From the human T2T-CHM13v2.0 reference genome, Homo sapiens: a stretch of 64,000 nucleotides of DNA. Positions 15,468 through 64,000 of this stretch are shown piece after piece. The notes beneath the pieces were generated by a model, which saw nothing but the letters and a program-made list of their open reading frames with translations, was not told the DNA's origin and made no database searches. The translations under genes and the position numbers were made by a program. Position 1 is the stretch's first letter. Each line of letters begins with the position of its first letter. The stretch lies in the NCBI RefSeq assembly GCF_009914755.1, contig NC_060931.1. One strand, written 5' to 3'.

Positions 15468-16027
15468 TGTTAGAAATAAATTTTCGGTGCCACAAAAGAA
15501 ATAGCACTCAGATATAAATGTTCCCAGCAAGGCAATTTTACTTCTATAGAAGGGTGCATCTCACAGATGGAGCAATGGCAAGAGCACACCTGAACAAGGG
15601 AAGGGAAGGGGTTTTTATCCCTAAGGCAGGTAGCCCCTACAGCTGTGTTGTTCCCCTATTGGCTAGGGTTGGACCACACCGTCTGAGCTAATTGTTACTG
15701 GCTATTTTAAAGAGAGCAGGGGTAAGAGCCGGATTGGCAGGGTAAGTAGTTTGGCAGGAAGGACGGTCACAGAACAGGTGACTCAGGATGACTCAGGTCA
15801 GAGCAGGTGACCAGTGGTGACTCAGTTCGGAGCAGGTGATAGAAGCTAGGAGGGGGTTGTTTACTGAAACTAGGGGCAAGGAGACGAAGAGAACATGAAA
15901 GTTAAACTTTAAGATGAAGAACAAAGCTGAACATACTGATGCATTGGATCTTTGGAGAGGATCTCAGAACTCATTGTACTTAATTTACAGGCTAAAACCT
16001 TAGAAGAGGAATTTATTATATCCTACA
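15468..16027 (-). mobile_element. Solo LTR10A (ERV1/HERV-I family LTR), antisense to NOS3
   Basis: TG...CA termini, LTR10 consensus similarity on the minus strand (ccctagccaataggggaac; gagtgctatttcttttgtggcaccgaaa), approximate 4-bp TSD taag/caag, three TGACTCA sites. Confidence 0.85.
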
Positions 16028-16107
16028 CAAGACTCCAGGGAAGCACATGGCCTTGGACTGAAGGCTGGCATCTGGAAGCTGTCAGCCACCAGCACCTTCT
16101 GCAGCAG
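15900..16107 (+). other. NOS3: NOS3 upstream non-coding exon (LTR10A-derived); 5' end approximate
   Basis: Donor CAG|GTACCT at 16107/16108 and acceptor CCTAAG|GAAAAG at 18560/18561; agrees with my recollection of the NOS3 reference mRNA 5' end. Confidence 0.75.
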
Positions 16108-16520
16108 GTACCTGCTCTCTAAGAGGGAGGCCTGGGTGGTGCACCTCCAGAGCTGCCCAGGCTGGGCCTCAAGGAAGAAAAAGATTTTCATTTGTCAGAG
16201 GCGGAAGGGAGAGGTGGAGGGAACAGCACAGCAGCGGCCCAGGGGCAGGGAAGCACAGGACCATTAGGGAGACACGAGAAAGCCCATTTGTCTAGAACAG
16301 AGGATTCAAGCAGTGCACCAAGGAAAATGAGGGCCAGGCCAATGTGCTGGAGTGGCTTTGTTCTTGGCTGAGGGTTTTGGGTAGTGCCAAAGCGTAAGGT
16401 AAGCCCTGCTTTCCAGAAGAATCTAGCAGAGTGTGGAGCCCAGATGGGACTGGAAGGCCTGGGAGGGGTCAGGTGGCCACAGGGACGGGCCACAGCCAGT
16501 GGTGCAGGCAAGAAGACAAT

Positions 16521-16968
<448 letters not shown>

Positions 16969-17579
16969 AGACAGAAGGATGTCAGCATCTGATGCTGCCT
17001 GTCACCTTGACCCTGAGGATGCCAGTCACAGCTCCATTAACTGGGACCTAGGAAAATGAGTCATCCTTGGTCATGCACATTTCAAATGGTGGCTTAATAT
17101 GGAAGCCAGACTTGGGTTCTGTTGTCTCCTCCAGCATGGTAGAAGATGCCTGAAAAGTAGGGGCTGGATCCCATCCCCTGCCTCACTGGGAAGGCGAGGT
17201 GGTGGGGTGGGGTGGGGCCTCAGGCTTGGGGTCATGGGACAAAGCCCAGGCTGAATGCCGCCCTTCCATCTCCCTCCTCCTGAGACAGGGGCAGCAGGGC
17301 ACACTAGTGTCCAGGAGCAGCTTATGAGGCCCCTTCACCCTCCATCCTCCAAAACTGGCAGACCCCACCTTCTTGGTGTGACCCCAGAGCTCTGAGCACA
17401 GCCCGTTCCTTCCGCCTGCCGGCCCCCCACCCAGGCCCACCCCAACCTTATCCTCCACTGCTTTTCAGAGGAGTCTGGCCAACACAAATCCTCTTGTTTG
17501 TTTGTCTGTCTGTCTGCTGCTCCTAGTCTCTGCCTCTCCCAGTCTCTCAGCTTCCGTTTCTTTCTTAAACTTTCTCTCA

Positions 17580-40028
<22,449 letters not shown>

Positions 40029-41018
40029 GTGGATTACAATTATAAAATGACAAGATTTCTGTTTTAACCTGTGCAGTTGTGGGTATGTGGTGGGGAAAGG
40101 GGTCATTCTTTTGACAGAGTCCTACACGCCACTTGACCCTGCACTCTGAAAACATGGTTTCCAGCCAGTCTGGGCTGCTCCCCCGTGCAGTTCTCAGGCT
40201 CGTGATCGAGAAGGCAGGTGCAGCACTCAGCTGCCAGGAGTGGGGCCTGCCAGAAACAAGAGTCACAGAGATGTGCAACAGCCATGAGCAAGCTTTACTG
40301 CTTATTTCATACAGGATGGGGAGCCACACCCACTTCCTGGGACATCACACCCGTACTGAAGTCCAAAAACATCATCCCTCCCGTCTTTCCACTGACAAGT
40401 CCCCATCCCCTACAAGCCCCAAGGAACCTGAAAGTGCTGCTGGCAGCCGCCAGCATGACGAATCCACAGCCTTAAAGCCCACCTGCCTCACTGTCGCCCT
40501 TCCATTTAGCTCGGCCTCATCCTTGACCTCTGTCCCCCACCTTGAGGAAACTCGAGGACTTCTTCCCAGGCAGCTGCTCCAGGACACATTCCAGTTGGGG
40601 ATGTCTCCCCTTATTCCCTCTGGGTGCAGACCATCTCTAAGACTTGTTTCCAGATGCCATCAGCATCTCCTCTCCTTGCCTACCTTTTCTCTGTTCTCGG
40701 GGCGAGTTCCTCACTGACTCCCAGGTCCTGCCCAACTAAAGCACCTGGGCCTGTCATCTATGGGGCCTCTAACAATGACTCCTTGTGTTTTTCTACTCCA
40801 CCCTCCAATCTCCTGTGGCTGCCGAAGCCAGGGTACCTGTGGGAGGAGACGGCTCTTGGCAAGCAGTCCAGGGGTCTAGATTCCAGAGATGACCACCTCC
40901 CATCACCCCAAATTCCCACCACTGCTCCCATCGCTTCAAGTCGGACTCCAAACCAACTACCTATGCCGTCCTTTCTCCCTCCCCTCACAGGAGGCAATAC
41001 TGACCCTGAGGAGTCGTC

Positions 41019-49546
<8,528 letters not shown>

Positions 49547-49907
49547 CAGGCCACGGCTTCTCCAGAAAGGTTGGAAGGATGGGAGCTGTTGTTGCTTCCA
49601 CAAAGGTCTGTGACACTGAGCTGGGACTTCAACAGGAACAATGACAACAACATTACTAGGTGACTCAGCCTAGGCAGGCCTCAGGCGTCCCAGCTCTCAG
49701 TCACCTGTCTGATCACTCACACCCCTTCCAGGGCAACCTGAGGCCAAATCCCTCAGGGCCTGAGAGGGGCATCAGTTTAAGAGGAGGGGCCAAAGAGCAC
49801 ATTGAGATGAGAAGATTCCTATTATCTCCATCTTCAGACCTTGAATGAATGAAAGATAAAAAGAACAGCAGCCAAAATGACAAAAGCAAAAAGCAAAATC
49901 GTGTTAG

Positions 49908-50758
49908 AGCCAGGTGTGGTGATGTGTGCTTGTGTTCCTAGCTACTCAAGAGACTGAGGTGGGAGGATGGCTTGGTGCAGGTTACACTGGAACAGTATAG
50001 GTTACAGTGAGCTAGATCCTGCCCCCTGCCACCCCCCCCAAAAACATCCTATTAAAGGATTGTAGCAGGGCGCAGTACCTCACACTTGTAATCAATCTCA
50101 GCACTTTGGGAAGCCGAGGAAAGAGGATTGCTTGAGGCCAGGAGTTCAAGACCAGCCTGGGGAACAGAATGAGAAGACTCCATCTCTACAACAAATCTTA
50201 GGGCCAAGATGTTAACTATTTCATTTCTTAAGAGTGTACCTCCCCCACTTCCCTCCACACACACACTACAGTGATCAACAGAGAAATGTTTTGTGACCAA
50301 AACAGAAAAGAAGAAGTAAAGGGGCCAGGCATGTTGGCTTACACCCGTAATCCCAGGACTTTGGGAGGCCCGGGCGAGAGGATCACTTGAGGCCAGGAGT
50401 TCGAGACCAGCCTGAGCAACTTAGGGAAACACCATCTCTACAAAATCTAAAAAACAAACAAAATAATTTTTTTTCTTTTTGAGGCAGTCTCACTCTGTCA
50501 CCCAGACTGGAGTATAGTGGCACAATCTCGGCTCACTGCAACCTCCGCCTCCCAAGTTCAAGTGATTCTTCTGCTTCAGCCTCCTGAGTAGCTGAGACTA
50601 CAGGTGTGTGCCACCACACCCAGCTAATTTTTTGTATTTTTAGTAGAGATGGGGTTTCACCATGTTGGCCAGGCTGGTCTTGAACTCCTGACCTCGTGAT
50701 CCACCCGCCTTGGCCTCCCAAAGTGCTGGCATTACAGGCGTGAGCCACTGCGCCTGGT
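49908..50758. mobile_element. Alu cluster upstream of ATG9B (monomer fragments plus antisense AluS 50468-50758)
   Basis: Alu consensus matches. Confidence 0.85.
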
Positions 50759-52136
50759 CAAAAATAAATTTTTTAAAAAGAATAAGAAAAGGTTGCATGT
50801 TTTATTGGTCTGAGGTGCTAAGGAAGAGAAGAGGGGAGGCTGACTTTGCAGCCAAGTTGGGGAAAACTAAGAAGAGGAGGTGAAGAAAGGAAAGGCAGCT
50901 ATCTTGGATTTGAGAGTTGGTTTGGAGAACTTAGAGTAGAAAATTGGGGTTCTCTGAAAGTTCCATTCCGTTTGCATCCTTATCATTTTCAACTGTGACA
51001 TTCTCTCAAGTCCGGATCCCACTTCTGGGACCCCCTGAAAAGCATCAGGGCTGAATCAGAAGGGAGGACAGCTGTGAGTCTGGGACTTGGAAGGATAATT
51101 TGGATACCCAGGGAGGAGCTGAACTGAGTTCCTTGTTGTCACCTCAACAAGGAGGAGGAGACCCAGGCAGCTGGTCTGGTGGCTTGCCCAACGCCATTCT
51201 TGAGGCCCTGAATCACCAGGTTTCCTTCTAAAGCCCATTACTGAGATGCTGACTCAGCCACCAGGTGTCAAGGTCTCTAGGGCTTAGGCCTAAGGGCTGA
51301 TGTTGGGGCCAGTACCCCTGAAATGGCGATATGGACACTGTGCTTCCCAGATTGTTCACTGGAGGCAATCATGGAATCACCCACAAAACTTGAATCCAGA
51401 TGTGCCTGATTTTCTCCTTCTGTGTGGGGTATTGTAGTAGTAGCTCAGGTCTTGCATGCCTTTATCTCAGAGTAGGAGGCAGAGCTATGAAAACAAGACC
51501 CTGTCCTTCTAGAGGTAGCAAAATGGAATCCCACATTGCAGAGGGGCCAGGAAATTCCCATAATCTTTCTGAGACATCTGTCAAGATGGGTTATGTGGGG
51601 TGTTGTCTAGTCTCTCCCCCACCTCACTCGCCCAATGTCACTCAGTATCGTGGCTATTCCACCATAGTCACAATAGGACCCCCCCATACACCAAGAGCTC
51701 CCCAGCTCAACCCCAAACTAATCCTGGGACATTGTCCTACCTAGTTTCACCCTGAATTCATTCTCATTGACAGCCTCCCTACCACCACTCCCAATTCAAG
51801 TCGATTTATTTTAAAGGGCACTTTTCCTTGCCAAGCATTTGGAAGGGAAGAGGACAGATGAATAAAACAGAGCCACTACCCAAGAAGCTGCAGCCCAGTG
51901 GGGAGACAAATACGCAAACAAGTAATTACAGGGAAGAAACGAGTGGTGCAAACTCTTTGGCAGGAGCCTGAGGCAAGTCATTCTGACCCGGGTGAGGAAG
52001 GTATCTGCGAGGCAGACAGATCTGAGGCCGCGCCTTGATAAATTACAGGCCCTCCATACCAATAGTTCTCAATGGCTGAGGCGTAGGGCAAGAGTGTCAG
52101 AATCACCGGGGGAGTTCTTCCCCAAGTACACCTGAC

Positions 52137-53054
52137 TGTGGGGAAAAGAAAGAGAGATCAGATTGTTCCTGTGTCTGTGTAGAAAGAAGTAGACATAGGA
52201 GACTCCATTTTGTTCTGTACTAAGAAAAATTCTTCTGCCTTGAGATGCTGTTGATCTGTAACCCTACCCCCAACCCTGTGCTCCCTGAAACATGTGCTGT
52301 GTCAACTCAGGGTTAAATGGATTAAGGGCTGTGCACGGTGTGCTTTGTTAAACAAATTCTTGAAGGCAGCATGCTTCTTAAGAGTCATCACCACTCCCTA
52401 ATCTCAAACCACTCCCTAATCTCAAACCACTCCCTAATCTCAAGTACCCAGACACAAAACACTGCGGAAGGCTGCAGGGACCTCTGCCTAGGAAAGCTAG
52501 GTATTGTCCAAGGTTTCCAGCCCGACACCCATAAAGGGTCTGTACTGAGGAGGATTAGTAAAAGAGGAAGGAATGCCTCTTTGCAGTTGAGATAAAAGAA
52601 AGGCTTCTGTCTCCTGCTCGTCCCTGGGCAATGGAATGTCTCGGTGTAAAGCCTATCTCTACTGAGATAGGGGAAAACCGCCTTAGGGCTGGAGGTGGGA
52701 CAGGCTGGCAGCAATACTGCTTCTTAAGGCATTGTGATGTTTATGTGTATGCACATCAAAAGCACAGCATTTTTTTTTACCTTGTTTACGATGCAGAGAC
52801 ATTTGTTCACGTGTTTACCTTCTGACCTTCTCTCCACTATTATCCTATTATCCTGCCATACCCGATAATGATCAATAAATACTAAGGGAACTCAGAGGCT
52901 GGTGCCGGCGTGGATCTTCCGTAAACTGAACTCCGGTCTCCTGGGCCCATTTTTCTTTCTCTATACTTTGTCTCTCTGTCTCTTTCTTTTCCAAGTCTCT
53001 CCTTCCACCTAATGAGAAACGCCCACAGGTGTGGAGGGGCAACCCACCCCTTCA
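52137..53054 (+). mobile_element. Solo HERV-K(HML-2) LTR, LTR5A/B-type
   Basis: Starts TGTGGGGAAAAGAAAGAGAGATCAG, ends ggggcaacccaccccttCA, AATAAA at 52874, 6-bp TSD cctgac/cgtgac. Confidence 0.93.
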
Positions 53055-53149
53055 CGTGACAGATGTCCCAGCAGTTCTGACGCACCTAGGAGAGCGGGGT
53101 GGGTGGCAGGGCATATGTACGTGTTTTGAAAAAACTCCCAGTCGATTTT

Positions 53150-53600
53150 TGTTCATTCCTCCCCCAAAACCCGCGTTCTACACGCCCTTGAGACGACGGG
53201 ACATCTAGAGATCCTGGAGCCTTGGGAAAATGGCCCGAGGTCGGCGGCTGACGCGTTACTATGGATACTCCATAGCTTGGAGGGCCAGTCGGGCCACACC
53301 CTTTGGACGTCACCCGGAGCCCACAGGAGCACCTGGCAAAAGCCAGGCCCACTTCCTGCTCGGCTCCGCCCAGAGCAGGGGGCGGGCGGATAGGCGATTC
53401 CCTCCAATCACAGTTCCAAAAGGAGGGGGCTGACAACATATCCTCCAATCACAGCTTGAAGTGAGATTGATGTGTCTTTTCACCAATCACCGCCAAGGCG
53501 CGAGGGGGTTGTCGGGATGGGGGCGGGAGCCAACATAGAGCCCTCAGTGGGATGAGGGTGAAACTGCTATTGCCGGCGGCTCCTGTTTTACCGCGTCAGC
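53150..53600 (+). promoter_or_regulatory. ABCB8: ABCB8 CpG promoter with three CCAAT boxes
   Basis: CCAATCAC at 53404, 53445 and 53483; GC box 53521; ETS cacttcctg ~53350. Confidence 0.75.
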
Positions 53601-61740
<8,140 letters not shown>

Positions 61741-61999
61741 GTAAGTGGGGGCCGTTCCCATTGCTACAGAGCCCCCTGCCGCCCTCCAGAGCCCTGCTGG
61801 GTTAGGGGACACGGGTGCCAGCCTTCTCTGGGGGCCGACTGCTGTGCAGCTCCAGGCCTGCCCAGCTTCCCCAGGGATGCATAGGGTGGGGAGAGAGAGC
61901 CCCTCAGGGCCCATAACAACCCTCCTGGCTGGGGCAGTGGCGCTGCAGCAGGCAGGTGCTTGTCATCTTCAGCCTTCCAAAGGACCCAGAAGTTTCCTT

Positions 62000-62370
62000 G
62001 ACAGGCTTTTTAAAAATTTGTTTCAACTGTGGTAAAGTACACAAAACATAAAATACAGCATTTTAACCATTTTGAAGTGTGCAGCTCATGGGCAGTGGGT
62101 GCACTCACATTGCTGTGCGGCTGTTGTCACCGTCCGCCTCCAGAACTCTTACCTGGCAGAGCGGAAACTATCCCCATGACATGGGAATCCCCATTTGCCC
62201 TCCCCCAGCCCCTGGCACCCACCATTCCACTTTCTGTCCTTATGATTTGACAACTCTAGGGACGTCCTCTAAGTGGAGTCAGACTATGTCCTTTTGTGAC
62301 TGCGTTTTGTCACTCCACATTGTGTCCTCAGCTTCCTCCGTGTTGCACCCTGTCCGAATTCCCTTCCGCT
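62000..62370 (-). mobile_element. Old L1M fragment
   Basis: ttttaaccattttgaagtgtgcag... accattccactttctgtccttatgatttgacaactctagg. Confidence 0.65.
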
Positions 62371-63077
62371 GCAGGCTGTGACACTCCATGCATGGAAGGA
62401 CCATCCTTGACAGGCTGTGTGAGCTGCCCTTCCCCATGCCTGCCACTTCCAGGGATGACAAGCTGACCCCTGTCCCCACACACCCCACCCTTATAGCTTA
62501 TTGCTTTGCGTTGGTCCAAAACCACCCGCTCAGCTGAGCCTCTGGGATGACCAGAGCTGATCACCAGACAGCTCAAGGCGGGCCTCCCCCCTCCTATCTC
62601 TTTCCAAGCTAAACACAAGCAGTTCTACATAAATATGTTATGGTAAATAATGAGATAGTAAATATGCTGTAACAGATCATCAAAGGGTGAAGACCCGTCT
62701 CCACGAACCGTGCATCACCTCTGCCACCCCATCCCTCCCCCCACGACCCCCCTGCTCTTCCACCGGGGCCCCCACCCCATTCTACTGAGGCATGTGTCCT
62801 CGCCCTGCTGCATGGTGCACCCCTGCGTGTGTGTCCGCCGGATCAGAACCCCTCACTGCAGGGTGTACTGTCCCAGGAAGCGGGAGGCGGACGGAGACAG
62901 GCTCCCATTTTCAGCCCCAAACCTGACATTCCACAGAGACGTTCCTCCCATTTCCGCAGCTGCATGGACACCCTCGCGTGCCCCGTTTCTGCTCGTGCTC
63001 CCTAATCTGAGCACCTTCAGACCCTTTCTGGTCCCGGGCTCAGGCCTCCTTGGCAGCCTCGCCCTCCTCCAGCCCAA

Positions 63078-63217
63078 GGAGCTGTTCTGTCGTGGCTTTG
63101 GAATTCAGATGCTCTCACTGTGATAGAGATGGGGTCTTGGGGGGCTGGGAGCTGTTCTGTCGTGGCTTTGGAGTTCAGATGCTCTCACTGTGATAGAGAT
63201 GGGGTCTTGGGGGGCTG
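63078..63217. repeat. 70-bp tandem duplication, one mismatch
   Basis: ggagctgttctgtcgtggctttgga(a/g)ttcag...ggggggctg x2. Confidence 0.92.
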
Positions 63218-63331
63218 CCTCCACCACTGCCTGCCCTGCTCAGCGCTGACCCACTTCCCTTGACCAGAGTTTTGGCCTCTCTGAATGGGACGGTCGTTTT
63301 AGTCCTGAGGGCCCATAAGAAGCCCAGTGGC

Positions 63332-63873
<542 letters not shown>

Positions 63874-64000
63874 CTAGACCCATCCTCTTGGAGGTCCTTC
63901 TAGCGCTGCCTATGTGGAGATTCTTCCCCACTCATCTTGGGGGTTTGGATTTGTTGCATAAAGCAGCTGATGTGTTTCCCACAGGGTCCTGCCAGCTAAG

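Noticed and set aside
49547-49603. 19-aa N-terminal extension of ATG9B in the ORF track
   Set aside because: Begins at a GTG; the first ATG (49546) yields the expected 924-aa protein.

Overview
Human (primate) genomic DNA, recognisable as the chr7q36.1 locus. Four genes are present: the 5' end of KCNH2/hERG (minus strand, coding exon 1 and CpG-island promoter); the complete NOS3/eNOS gene (plus strand, 26 coding exons summing to 3612 nt = 1203 aa, with an upstream LTR10A-derived non-coding exon); the complete ATG9B gene (minus strand, tail-to-tail with NOS3, 13 coding exons summing to 2775 nt = 924 aa); and the 5' part of ABCB8 (plus strand, coding exons 1-9). The rest is Alu/L1/L2/MIR/MaLR/MER repeats, two solo ERV LTRs (LTR10A, LTR5/HML-2) and the known NOS3 VNTRs and microsatellites. 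It is a well-studied locus and I see no wholly new biological system. The most notable sequence-level observations are a U12 AT-AC intron in ATG9B that is stop-free and in frame, a diverged copy of part of ATG9B exon 4 pasted inside an Alu inside a MER58B, LTR-derived regulatory elements beside NOS3 and ABCB8, an Alu poly(T) directly behind the weak NOS3 poly(A) signal, and an ABCB8 upstream ATG that becomes in-frame on exon-2 skipping. Exon boundaries were hand-checked against splice dinucleotides and reading phase; repeat boundaries and subfamily names are approximate and from memory of consensus sequences.
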